From positions 3,946,686 through 4,010,685 of the forward strand of contig NC_069001.1 in the NCBI RefSeq assembly GCF_001194135.2: a stretch of 64,000 nt of DNA, in the 5' to 3' direction. Below the pieces are notes generated by a model. That model was not told where the DNA came from. It was given only the letters and a program-made list of their open reading frames with translations, and made no database searches. Every line of letters begins with the position of its first letter. Positions within the stretch are counted from its first letter, which is position 1. The position numbers were made by a program, and so were the translations under genes. Origin of the DNA: Octopus bimaculoides. Its lineage: Eukaryota. Shown here piece after piece: positions 1-11,385 of the stretch.

Positions 1-66
1 GTGTGTGTGTGTGTGTGTGTGTATACGTGTGTGTATGTGTGTGTGTATACGTGTGTGTGTATGTGT

Positions 67-235
67 ACAATGCCTTCCTCACAGTTTCTACTTACCAAAA
101 TTTCACTCTCAACCTGTTTGGTCAATCAACACCTATCATAGATGAAACTCGTCATAGGTACCATGCAGTGGTACTCAAGCAGGAAGCATCTGGAGACAGG
201 TGGTTTAACTAAATTTTACTCACCTGTGTAGCCAT
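67..235 (-). mobile_element. SINE family A, decayed 5' half
   Basis: TTCCTCACAGTTTCTACTTACCAAAATTTCACTC...GGTACCATGCAGTGG aligns to the reverse complement of the 52743 copy. Confidence 0.55.
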
Positions 236-513
236 GGAAATAATGCAAAAACTAGCAAGTCCAACACAGCACAAACTTTTTGTTTATAACAACAGGTAAG
301 GAAAAAAACCCACAAAATAAATGTAAGTGTGTGCGTGAGAAATATTACATTGACGTTTTCTAGTGAGAAGAGTGCTTTCCAAGGTCACAAGTTCCAGTGA
401 CACTTACAGAAAAGATATTTTTGTCATAATTCAATGAAGGGGAAACATTATATTATTGCTCAGACGGAGAGAAATAACAGGTAATACTTCCTCAATTCAC
501 ATCTTAATAGACA

Positions 514-673
514 CAGGTGTGGCTGTGAGGTTAAGGAGCTTGCTTCTCAGCTATGTGGTGTTGGGTTCAGTCCCAAAGTGCGTCACCTTGGGCAAGTGTC
601 TTCTACAAGAGCCATGCACCAACCAAAGACTTTTGAAAGGATTTGGCAGATGGGAACTCAAAGAAGACCATTG
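514..673 (+). mobile_element. SINE family A, 5' half
   Basis: CAGGTGTGGCTGTGAGGTTAAGGAGCTTGCTT...GGGTTCAGTCCC...CACCTTGGGCAAGTGTCTTCTAC. Confidence 0.75.
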
Positions 674-781
674 CGCGCGCATGTGTGTGTGTGTGTGTGT
701 GTGTGAGTGTGAGATCTATGGATCTAATCAAGATATCCTTGGCCTGAAGTGCAGCTGGCAGTACACACCTCTAGGCAGACA

Positions 782-782
782 A

Positions 783-875
<93 letters not shown>

Positions 876-944
876 TATAGATAGATAGAGATAGATAGAT
901 AGATAGATAGATGGATGGATAGATAGATAGATAGAGATAAATAG

Positions 945-979
<35 letters not shown>

Positions 980-1060
980 GATAGATAGATAGAGATAGAT
1001 AGATAGAGATAGATAGATAGATAGATAGAGATAGATAGATAGAGATAGATAGATAGATAG

Positions 1061-1126
<66 letters not shown>

Positions 1127-1212
1127 GTAGATAGATAGACAGGAAGACAGACATAGATATAGATAGACAGAAAGATAGATATAGATAGACAGACAGATAG
1201 ACAGACACTGAA
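782..1212. repeat. (AGAT)n tetranucleotide microsatellite
   Basis: Read directly. Confidence 0.95.
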
Positions 1213-1569
1213 AAATAGACAGAAGGCTATAGATATATATTGATTGATTGAGGGAAAGTAAACAAGATCACGAACAGATTAGGTTAATAATCCACTCAAT
1301 CTGTACGATGACTTTATAGAGATGTAGTGTTATTAAAACAGATTAAATACTTCAAATATAATTGTAATATAAATATTGTTGATAACATTAAATCTATTAC
1401 AATGGATAAGCTGATAAAGTTAAGAAAACAACCAGACTCTGGAAAATACTTGGTTTTATTGGCTGTCGTCATCACAGGAATGTGAACAGAGTGGGGTGCC
1501 ACCTTTGATGGTCCCTGTTGATTACACTTTGACCCCAATCCTTATTCATTGCCCCCCCCCCGCCGCCGC

Positions 1570-1781
1570 GTTGGCATTGTGTAAAAAGCACCAGTGCTGG
1601 TACCACATAAAAAAAAGCACCGAGTACACTCTGTAGAGTGGTTGGTGTTAGGAAGGGTGTCCAGATAGAGAAACTGTGCCAGAAGAGACAATTGGAGGCG
1701 GGTGCAGCTCTTTTCAAATAGTCCAACCCATGCCAGCATGGAAAACAGATGTTGGACGATGATGATGATGATGATAATGAT
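1570..1781 (+). mobile_element. SINE family B
   Basis: GGTACCACATAAAAAAAAGCACC...TAGGAAGGG...CCAACCCATGCCAGCATGGAAAACAGATG...(GAT)n. Confidence 0.8.
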
Positions 1782-1792
1782 GTGTGATTGAC

Positions 1793-1831
<39 letters not shown>

Positions 1832-2795
1832 NNNNNNNNNNNNNNNNNNNNNNNNNNNNNNNNNNNNNNNNNNNNNNNNNNNNNNNNNNNNNNNNNNNNN
1901 NNNNNNNNNNNNNNNNNNNNNNNNNNNNNNNNNNNNNNNNNNNNNNNNNNNNNNNNNNNNNNNNNNNNNNNNNNNNNNNNNNNNNNNNNNNNNNNNNNNN
2001 NNNNNNNNNNNNNNNNNNNNNNNNNNNNNNNNNNNNNNNNNNNNNNNNNNNNNNNNNNNNNNNNNNNNNNNNNNNNNNNNNNNNNNNNNNNNNNNNNNNN
2101 NNNNNNNNNNNNNNNNNNNNNNNNNNNNNNNNNNNNNNNNNNNNNNNNNNNNNNNNNNNNNNNNNNNNNNNNNNNNNNNNNNNNNNNNNNNNNNNNNNNN
2201 NNNNNNNNNNNNNNNNNNNNNNNNNNNNNNNNNNNNNNNNNNNNNNNNNNNNNNNNNNNNNNNNNNNNNNNNNNNNNNNNNNNNNNNNNNNNNNNNNNNN
2301 NNNNNNNNNNNNNNNNNNNNNNNNNNNNNNNNNNNNNNNNNNNNNNNNNNNNNNNNNNNNNNNNNNNNNNNNNNNNNNNNNNNNNNNNNNNNNNNNNNNN
2401 NNNNNNNNNNNNNNNNNNNNNNNNNNNNNNNNNNNNNNNNNNNNNNNNNNNNNNNNNNNNNNNNNNNNNNNNNNNNNNNNNNNNNNNNNNNNNNNNNNNN
2501 NNNNNNNNNNNNNNNNNNNNNNNNNNNNNNNNNNNNNNTACAGCGTGAATGTCTCTTAAGGACATGATTAATCAATTTTTTAAAATCATAAGATAGTGAA
2601 ATTAGGAAGGGGTCAGCACCCATGACCTCAGCAGATCTGTATTCCCATCTCTGATTACTCGTAAAGAGGAGGAGGAGGAGTGATTAATCGGATTCCTTGT
2701 AATGTATAGCCATTTACATGATAAGACATCACCTCACCCACTCCAATTACTTCCCTCACTTCTCACACACACACACACACACAATGCACATGCAC

Positions 2796-2826
<31 letters not shown>

Positions 2827-2964
2827 CCAGCAGTTTTGTGAACTTTGTGTCCATCCTGAAAGATTGTTACTCTCAAGGGCATGTTGACCTAAAAGTTAAA
2901 AGGACACATAAAATAGCAAGAAACCCAATAATACTGTATTTTAATGAGATTAAGGGACAGTTTT

Positions 2965-3250
2965 AGGGGGGTCTGTGCCATCTACTAAGGGAGTATATTA
3001 AGGAAATTGTATCTTCTGCTTGGGGAATGTATTAAGGGCATCAGATGTGTATTAAGAAGTCTGTGTTATCCACTAACAGGGGATGTTAAGGGAGTTAAGT
3101 GTCATCTGTTAAGGGAGTATATTAAGGGAGTTTGTGTCATCTGCTAAAGGAGCATATTAAGGAGTCTGTCATCCACTAAGGAAACATATTAAGGGAGTTT
3201 GTGTCATCTGTTAAGGGAGTATATTGAGAGAGTCAATATCATCTGCTATA
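2965..3250. repeat. Degenerate ~35-bp minisatellite, about 9 units
   Basis: Unit approximately GGGAGTTTGTGTCATCTGCTAAGGGAGTATATTAA. Confidence 0.8.
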
Positions 3251-3292
3251 TTTCAGTAACACAAAAGAGTACAACGGAAACTCTTTCTTTAC

Positions 3293-3573
3293 CCTGGCAA
3301 ACTTGTGACTAACTGGCGTTCTGTTGGTTATGACAATGAGAGTACCAATTGATCCAACCAACAATGGAACAGCTGACTCATGAAATTAGCAGATTCAGCA
3401 TGGCACAAAGTGTGTCAAGTCTGACCCTTTGAATTACAGGGACAACTCATCTTTGCCAGCTGAATGGACTAGAGCAACATGAAATAAAGTGTCTTGCTCA
3501 AGGACACAATGCACTGCCAGATATCGAACCCACAACCTTACAACTGTGAGCTGAATACCCTAACCACCAAGCC
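3293..3573 (-). mobile_element. SINE family D (tRNA-derived head), flanked by a ~52-bp direct duplication
   Basis: The minus strand begins TGGCTTGGTGGTTAGGGTATTCAGCTCAC...GGGTTCGATATC (A and B boxes), then GTGTCCTTGAGCAAGACACTTTATTTCATGTTGCTCTAGTCCATTCAGCTGG. Confidence 0.8.
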
Positions 3574-5195
3574 ATCTGCTATATTGCAGTAACACAAAAA
3601 AGTACAACAGAAATTCATTCTTTACATGGATAAGTTTGTAATGGTTGGGTTGTTTTTTCTTTTTCTAAATGGTTTCGCAAAGACTGGGCTTTCATTTCTA
3701 CTCCCAGTCCTTCCTTCACCAGAATCTCAACCCTCAGAAACTCACATCTTACCTAAGAGATTATTTTTTTTTTTTTTTTTTTTTTTTTTNNNNNNNNNNN
3801 NNNNNNNNNNNNNNNNNNNNNNNNNNNNNNNNNNNNNNNNNNNNNNNNNNNNNNNNNNNNNNNNNNNNNNNNNNNNNNNNNNNNNNNNNNNNNNNNNNNN
3901 NNNNNNNNNNNNNNNNNNNNNNNNNNNNNNNNNNNNNNNNNNNNNNNNNNNNNNNNNNNNNNNNNNNNNNNNNNNNNNNNNNNNNNNNNNNNNNNNNNNN
4001 NNNNNNNNNNNNNNNNNNNNNNNNNNNNNNNNNNNNNNNNNNNNNNNNNNNNNNNNNNNNNNNNNNNNNNNNNNNNNNNNNNNNNNNNNNNNNNNNNNNN
4101 NNNNNNNNNNNNNNNNNNNNNNNNNNNNNNNNNNNNNNNNNNNNNNNNNNNNNNNNNNNNNNNNNNNNNNNNNNNNNNNNNNNNNNNNNNNNNNNNNNNN
4201 NNNNNNNNNNNNNNNNNNNNNNNNNNNNNNNNNNNNNNNNNNNNNNNNNNNNNNNNNNNNNNNNNNNNNNNNNNNNNNNNNNNNNNNNNNNNNNNNNNNN
4301 NNNNNNNNNNNNNNNNNNNNNNNNNNNNNNNNNNNNNNNNNNNNNNNNNNNNNNNNNNNNNNNNNNNNNNNNNNNNNNNNNNNNNNNNNNNNNNNNNNNN
4401 NNNNNNNNNNNNNNNNNNNNNNNNNNNNNNNNNNNNNNNNNNNNNNNNNNNNNNNNNNNNNNNNNNNNNNNNNNNNNNNNNNNNNNNNNNNNNNNNNNNN
4501 NNNNNNNNNNNNNNNNNNNNNNNNNNNNNNNNNNNNNNNNNNCTCACTCAAATGACTGAACTGTGTAAAGGAATGACAGAACTAAGTGTTTAATATCTGG
4601 TAAATGCTTGGCTGACTTTTGTCACTAAATGGTGGTGGTGGTGGTGGTGGTGGTGGTGGTTTTGGTGGCATCAAGTGAAGTGAAGTTGGTGGGTAAGTGG
4701 AGTCAATAAGATGGGGTGGTGGTGGGGTTATGGCAGGGCATGGTGTGGGAGCGGAGGAGGGTCCCCCCCCCCCTTATCAGTCCGATTTATCTGGCAGTTT
4801 TGCAGTGAATGTAGAAAGAGACTAGAGCCAAGTGATGGACTGAAGGAGGTGACTTTGAAGTAGATTTTCTTTCTTTCTTTCTTTCTTTCTTTTCCTAAAT
4901 AAACATTGTAATGTGGTAGGTTAAGCAGGAGTGAAGTGTTTAGTGTTGAACCTTAAAGACTGGTTTCAAGTGGATCCGAAAAGTGGGGAGGGATGGTAAG
5001 CTATATAAAGTGGGGGAGGTAATAAGAGAGAGAAAGAGAGAGAGACAGAGAGAGAGACAGAGAGAGAGAGAGANNNNNNNNNNCACAGCAGTGGAATGAC
5101 AGAATCATTAATACATTGGACTAAGAAATGCCTAGAAGTGTTTCTTCCAGCCCTTTATGTTACCATGTTGAAGGGTTTAAGTGGGGAAAAAATGA

Positions 5196-5524
5196 TCCCA
5201 ATACCTATTTATAAAACTTGGTACTTGTTCTATTGTGCCCTCTTTGCCAAACTTGCTAAGTGACAGGGATGTAAACAAAGCGACACTGGTTGTCAAATAG
5301 TGGTGGAAGACAAACACAAAGGTACACACAAGCAGAATCATACACACATATATACATAGAATCACACATGTATGTGATAGCTTCTTTTGGTTTCCATCTA
5401 TGAAATCCATTCACAAGGCTTTGGTCAGCCCAGGGTTAGAGCTGGAGACATGCCCAAGGAGTCAGACAGCAAGACTGAACTCGGAATTAAGTGGTTGGGA
5501 GGTAAACTTCTTACCACACAGCCA
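5196..5524 (-). mobile_element. SINE family A (minus strand, with head)
   Basis: GTACTTGTTCTATT...TTTGCCAAACTTGCTAAGT...AAATCCATTCACAAGGCTTTGGTC...CTTCTTACCACACAGCCA. Confidence 0.75.
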
Positions 5525-5838
5525 GGGCAAGTGCCTTCCACTATAGTCTTGGGCCAGCCAAAGCCTTGTGAGTGGATTTGGTAGACAGAAATTGAAAGAA
5601 GCCTGGCATATATAGATGTGTGTGTATGCTTGTGTGTCTGTGTTTGTCCCGCACCTATTGCTTGACAACCGATGTCGGTGTGTTTACGTCCCCGTAACTT
5701 AGTAGTTCGGCAAAAGAGGCCGATAGAATAAGTACTAGGTTTACAAAGAATAAGTCTTGGGGTCGATTCGTTCGACTAAAGGCGGTGCTCCAGCATGGCC
5801 GCAGTCAAATGACTGAAACGAGTAAAAGAATAAAAGAA
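5525..5838 (+). mobile_element. SINE family A (plus strand, head missing), abutting the inverted copy
   Basis: GGGCAAGTGCCTTCCACTATAG...GGCGGTGCTCCAGCATGGCCGCAGTCAAATGACTGAAACGAGTAAAAGAATAAAAGAA. Confidence 0.85.
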
Positions 5839-6615
5839 CGTGTGTGTGTGTGCGTATTTATGAAAATACATTCAGTCACACACACACTCTCTCTCTCTCT
5901 TTTTCACACACACACACACACACACTTGTTTTCTTTTCCCATATTTTGTTGATAGATTTCAGTAGCAGGTGGGTTGGTTACTGCATTATTAGACTAAGCA
6001 AGGAANNNNNNNNNNNNNNNNNNNNNNNNNNNNNNNNNNNNNNNNNNNNNNNNNNNNNNNNNNNNNNNNNNNNNNNNNNNNNNNNNNNNNNNNNNNNNNN
6101 NNNNNNNNNNNNNNNNNNNNNNNNNNNNNNNNNNNNNNNNNNNNNNNNNNNNNNNNNNNNNNNNNNNNNNNNNNNNNNNNNNNNNNNNNNNNNNNNNNNN
6201 NNNNNNNNNNNNNNNNNNNNNNNNNNNNNNNNNNNNNNNNNNNNNNNNNNNNNNNNNNNNNNNNNNNNNNNNNNNNNNNNNNNNNNNNNNNNNNNNNNNN
6301 NNNNNNNNNNNNNNNNNNNNNNNNNNNNNNNNNNNNNNNNNNNNNNNNNNNNNNNNNNNNNNNNNNNNNNNNNNNNNNNNNNNNNNNNNNNNNNNNNNNN
6401 NNNNNNNNNNNNNNNNNNNNNNNNNNNNNNNNNNNNNNNNNNNNNNNNNNNNNNNNNNNNNNNNNNNNNNNNNNNNNNNNNNNNNNNNNNNNNNNNNNNN
6501 NNNNNNNNNNNNNNNNNNNNNNGAAATGGTTTGCAGAAGGAAAAAATAAAGAAATTACAAGGATTTGAATGGAAATTCTTCCTTGCTGATTGTTTTTGTT
6601 TTTGCTTTTGATAAA

Positions 6616-6668
<53 letters not shown>

Positions 6669-6967
6669 ATGTGTGTGTGTGAAAAGTGCATGCACATGTG
6701 TTAGTGTAACAGTGTTTGTGCATATACAGCTGTGTGAGGATGTGTGTGTGTGTGAATGTGCGTGTTGGCATGTGTGTGCATCTGTGCATGAATGTATGTG
6801 CATGTGTCTGTGAATATGTGTGTGTGTGTGTATGTGCATGTCTGTATGAATGTGTGTGTGTGTGTCTGTGTGTGTGTGTGCATTCCTTTATATGTCTGTA
6901 AAAGAAGCTGTAGCCTGACTGACTACATGGCTCCAGGTTCAATCCCACTGCATACCATATGAGCAAG

Positions 6968-7429
6968 CGGTCCAGATGGACTATATGTAATCTGAACCTT
7001 TCCCCACTTGTTTTATGTTTCTTTTTTTACGGAATCCCACGTTTTAGGCTATGGAGATTCCGATTCTGAAAAAAGTTTTTCAAAAATCTCAATTTCAAAA
7101 TTTCGATTCCCCCCCGCCACGGTTTTTATATAGATCCACAGGGTAAACCTAACCCTAACTCAAACCCTAACCCTAACCCTAACCCTAACCCTGACCGTAA
7201 CCCTGACCCTAACCTTAACCCTGACCCTAACCCTAATACTAGTTTTGTGAGATTTGGCTGTTATTTCTAGCATGTAAATAGCCTGCTTGGTGGGGGGGGG
7301 GAATTAAAATTTTTCAAACAATTTTTTTTCAGAATCGGAATCTCCATAGCCTAAAACGTGGGATTCCGTAAAAAAAATTAATAAATAAGGTGGGGAAAGG
7401 TTCAGATTACATATAGTCCGTCTCTACCG
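6968..7429. mobile_element. Non-autonomous DNA transposon (MITE), ~120-bp terminal inverted repeats, 6-bp TSD AGCAAG, internal telomere-type repeat
   Basis: The left end CGGTCCAGATGGACTATATGTAATCTGAACCTTTCCCCAC...TACGGAATCCCACGTTTTAGGCTATGGAGATTCCGATTCTGAAAAAA is the reverse complement of the right end ...TTTTCAGAATCGGAATCTCCATAGCCTAAAACGTGGGATTCCGTA...GTGGGGAAAGGTTCAGATTACATATAGTCCGTCTCTACCG. AGCAAG lies directly at 6962-6967 and at 7430-7435. Confidence 0.92.
7147..7236. repeat. Interstitial telomere-type repeat (CCCTAA)n with CCCTGA/CCTTAA variants, inside the MITE
   Basis: About 15 hexamers read directly, e.g. CCCTAACCCTAACCCTAACCCTAACCCTGACCGTAACCCTGACCCTAA. Confidence 0.9.
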
Positions 7430-7812
7430 AGCAAGCATCAGTGCTTGCAGGCCATACCAGCAGGGATGGTCAGTATAAAATGACGATGATGCTGGTAGTA
7501 ATGGTGGTGGCTGTGGTGGTAGCAGTGGTTTTGGTGATGGTGGTGCTGATGGGGACAGTGGTAGTGAAGGTGGTGGTGATGGTACAAGAAGGTGATGGTG
7601 ATGATGATGGTGATAGTGATGAAAATGATTAAAACTAAATCGTCTGGTTGCTCGTTACTTGACTGGCACTTTATTTGATTGATCCCTGAAGGCAAAGTAA
7701 TTTTCCAGTGGCAGAATTTGAACTCAGTCTCAAGGGACATATCCAAATACCATGTTCACTATTGTAACATTTTGGCCCATCTACCACCCCCATAATAATA
7801 ATAATAATGATG

Positions 7813-8290
7813 ATGGATGCCCTTCCTAATGCCAACCACTCTGAGTGTGTAGTGGGTGCTTTTACGTGACACCGGCACGAGGGCCAGTCAGGTGGTACTG
7901 GCAATGACCACGCTCAAAAGGTATTTTTTACGTGCTATATCTGCACAGGAGCCAATCCAGCGGCACTGGCAATGACCACACTTGAATGTTGTTTTTCACA
8001 TGCCACCAGCACATGTGCCAGTAAGGCAACGCTGGCAATGATCACGCTCGAATGGTGCTTTTTACGTGCCACTGGCACAGGAGGCAATCAGCGGCCCTGG
8101 CAACGATCATGCTTGGATGGTGCTTTTAACGTTCCACTGGCACGAGTGTCAATCAGGTGGTACTGTCATCGGCCACGTCAGCGATTTTGATTTCACTTGC
8201 CTCAACAGGTCTTCGCAAGCAAAGTTTATTGTCCAATGAATGAGGGGTACTCATAAGTGGGCTGGTTGCACCCACTAGCATAGGCAATAC
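7813..8290 (-). mobile_element. SINE family B, long form with ~5 internal tandem ~65-bp subunits (7855-8175)
   Basis: GGATGCCCTTCCTAATGCCAACCACTC, then repeated TTTTACGTG-C-AC-GGCAC-AG...CAG-GG-ACTGGCAATGA-CACGCT-GAA units, then ACAGGTCTTCGCAAGC...GTCCAATGAA. The same upstream module lies in plus orientation at 40925-41240. Confidence 0.75.
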
Positions 8291-9308
8291 ATATGTATAC
8301 ACACACACACACAACAGGTTTCCACTCAGCATCAATCTACCAAATCCACTAACAAAGTATTTGTTGGCCTGGGATTACCGCAGAAGACACTTGCCCAAAG
8401 TGCCAAGCAGTAGGATTGAACCTGAAACCACATGATTGCAAAGCAAGCTTCATAACTACATAGCCATGTCTATTAATAGTGTCTATTTATAGTAAAACAT
8501 TTCTGTCTAGTTAACAACAACAGAAAAAACAACAACAAAAAAAAGCCCCCTGTTCCAATATTCTGAATGTCAGTTTTATTTTCTGATTACTTCATATTAA
8601 CAATAGATGAGCAAAACTTTGCTATATTTAGTCAAGTATTGATTGATATGATCTCAAATGTGGGCAAACTTACGAAATATAATGAATATTTGATATATTA
8701 TCACTATCATAGAAAAAAATGTAACAGTACTATTGTAGCAAGTTAAACACTTCACTACACATCAGTTAGCTTAAACAATGAATAGAACTTACATCAGGTC
8801 ATGCTGTTCCGAATGCAGTTATGCACTTAGGACTGAGGGGAAATGTATAAAATTTAGTTCTTATGTATAACGTGAACCCCTAATTTTTAGGTAAACCTTT
8901 TCGTTACAATACTTTTGTTGAAATACACTGCTTTGTTTTCAAATAAAATGACTGTTGTTATTAAATGGGTGTTTGGATCAGAAATTAATATGAAAATTTG
9001 ATGAAAGTTTTTAAATCAGATCTAGACTGTTGATTAACAGCCCAGTCAAGATGGTATTTTCTTCATCTCCTACTCTTGTTTTTGCACACATCTACAAAAT
9101 GACTTTCTAAAATGAAATTCCATTATGCAGCTGAGGAGTACATTTTCATTGCACATCTTCTCACTGCTATAACCTATTGAATTTTTGTTGCTCTTCTTCA
9201 AATTTTATTCACCAAATCTCTTGATTTTGTTTTTGATTTTTACCCTACCAAATTCTGGTGCCTCAAACATTTTAAGTACCACGTTTAATCTTTTGATTAA
9301 ATCTATAT

Positions 9309-9343
<35 letters not shown>

Positions 9344-9611
9344 TAGATAGATAGATATGAATGTGGTATGTATGAGTGTTTGTGTGTGTGCATCTCTGTT
9401 TGTTACCCCATCCCACTGCTGGTCAACCTTTGTTGGTTCATTTACAGCCCTGTAACTTAGCAGTTTGGCAAAAGAAATCAATAGAATAAATACCAGACTT
9501 TAAAAAATGTAAGTCTTGGGGTCGATATGTTCAGCTAAACCCTTCAAGTTGTTATTATTATTATTATTTTTATTATTATCATTATTATTATTATTATTAT
9601 TATTATCATCA

Positions 9612-9830
9612 TAAAGGCAGCGAGCTGGGAGAATCATTAACACAGACAAAAGTTCATCGTGGCATTTCTTGTGACTCGTTACATACTGAGTTCAAGTTTT
9701 GTCAAGGCTGACTTTGCCTCTCATCTGTTTTGCTGTTGATAAAATAACCAGTTGAGTGCCAGGGTTCATGTAACCAACTCACGAACTTCCCTAAAACTGC
9801 CAGCTTTGTACCAAAAAAAAAAAAAAAAAA
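9612..9830 (+). mobile_element. SINE family C
   Basis: AAAGGCAGCGAGCTGGGAGAATCATTAAC...CTGAGTTCAAG...GACTTTGCCTCTCATC, following an (ATT)n run. Confidence 0.65.
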
Positions 9831-10139
9831 TCAAAAAGAATTATAGTCAGTATCTGGAACATAACACAACTAAACAAAAGGTTCTTACATAAAAATTATG
9901 ACGGTGAGATTTTTATTTAAATATGAAGTCTAAAATGGAGTGTTTTGTATGCAAGAATCAGAGGTGGTCTCCGTGAAAGTGACCATTAAAAGGAGATAAG
10001 TGAATGGTGGGAGAGATGTATTAACAGGCAGGAGTACTACAGGACAGCAGAACATGGGTCTGGGGAAGAAACATCTATATTAAGAAGTTGGGGGTGGAGG
10101 GAAAGGCAAACAAATGCAAACACACACAAGCACTCATTG

Positions 10140-10291
10140 ATGTGTGTGTGTGTGTGTATATACATATATATACACACATACATATATACACACACACATA
10201 TAGATATATATATATAGATACACACACATATATACATACATATATTCACACACATACCTATACATACATACATAAGTACATACACACACAC

Positions 10292-10346
<55 letters not shown>

Positions 10347-10473
10347 TACATGTTTACACACACACACATATATATATACATACATATACAGATATATACA
10401 CGCATATATATACATATATATATACATATACACACACATATATACATATATATATACATACACATATACACAC

Positions 10474-10506
<33 letters not shown>

Positions 10507-10660
10507 CATATATATATACATATATATACATGCACATATATATACATATATATGCACACACACACATATATATACACACACACATTCATACATACATACA
10601 CTTAGACGCCTACACACACGTATTTATACATACACATATATATACATAAAGACACACACC
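10140..10660. repeat. Compound (AT/AC)n microsatellite; similar tracts at 21250-21850, 26590-27060, 41830-42290, 61560-61800
   Basis: Read directly. Confidence 0.95.
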
Positions 10661-10964
10661 TTCACATTTGCACAGGCATACACATCCATATAAAGCAAAC
10701 TTGTTACTGCTATTGATATAAAAAAATTTGAATTCCTTATCTCATTACCGCTTGATGAATGGAGTTAATTATGCCTGGTATTATTAACGAACTATTGTAA
10801 AGTGAAAATAAGCAAAGACCTGTGAGTTGGTTTAAATACCTTCTCCTGCACTTTAATATGCTTGTTAATACACTGGGGGAAGCATAAACACCACAACGTC
10901 TCATTTCCATTACTTTCACTTTTTAAATAAATCACTCTCTTTGTTGTTATTTACAAGAAATCAA

Positions 10965-11163
10965 TAATAATCCTTTGTACTCTAGGCACAAGGCCTGAAA
11001 TTTTGGGGAAGGGGGCCAGTCGATTAGACCCCCCCCCCCCAATACGCAACTGCTACTTAATTTATCGATCTCGAAAGGATGAAAGGCAAAGTCAACCTTG
11101 GTGGAATTTGAACTCATAACATAAAGACGGGTGAAAAACCATTAAGCATTTCATCCAGCATGC

Positions 11164-11202
<39 letters not shown>

Positions 11203-11385
11203 TGATGATAATCCTTTCTACTATCAGTACAAGGAATTCTGGGGGAAGGAACAAGTTGGATTACATCAACCCAAGTGTTTAACTGGTATTAATTTTATGG
11301 GGCCCAAAAGGACAAAAGGCAAAGTTGACCCTGGGGACATTTGAATTCAGAACGTAAAGAGCTGTAAGGAATGCCATATCTATAA
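10965..11385 (-). mobile_element. Two tandem family-C SINEs separated by (AAT)n
   Basis: AATCCTTTGTACTCTAGGCACAAGGCCTGAAATTTTGGGG...GAAAGGATGAAAGGCAAAGTCAACC occurs twice. Confidence 0.8.

Noticed and set aside
218-300. Consensus minus-strand donor CAG|GTGAGT at 224/223
   Set aside because: It coincides with the decayed head of a family-A SINE, and there is no convincing acceptor upstream.
8789-8828. 40-nt minus-strand segment between a good acceptor (TTTCCCCTCAG) and GTAAGT
   Set aside because: All three frames contain a stop. It could only be non-coding, and there is no other support.
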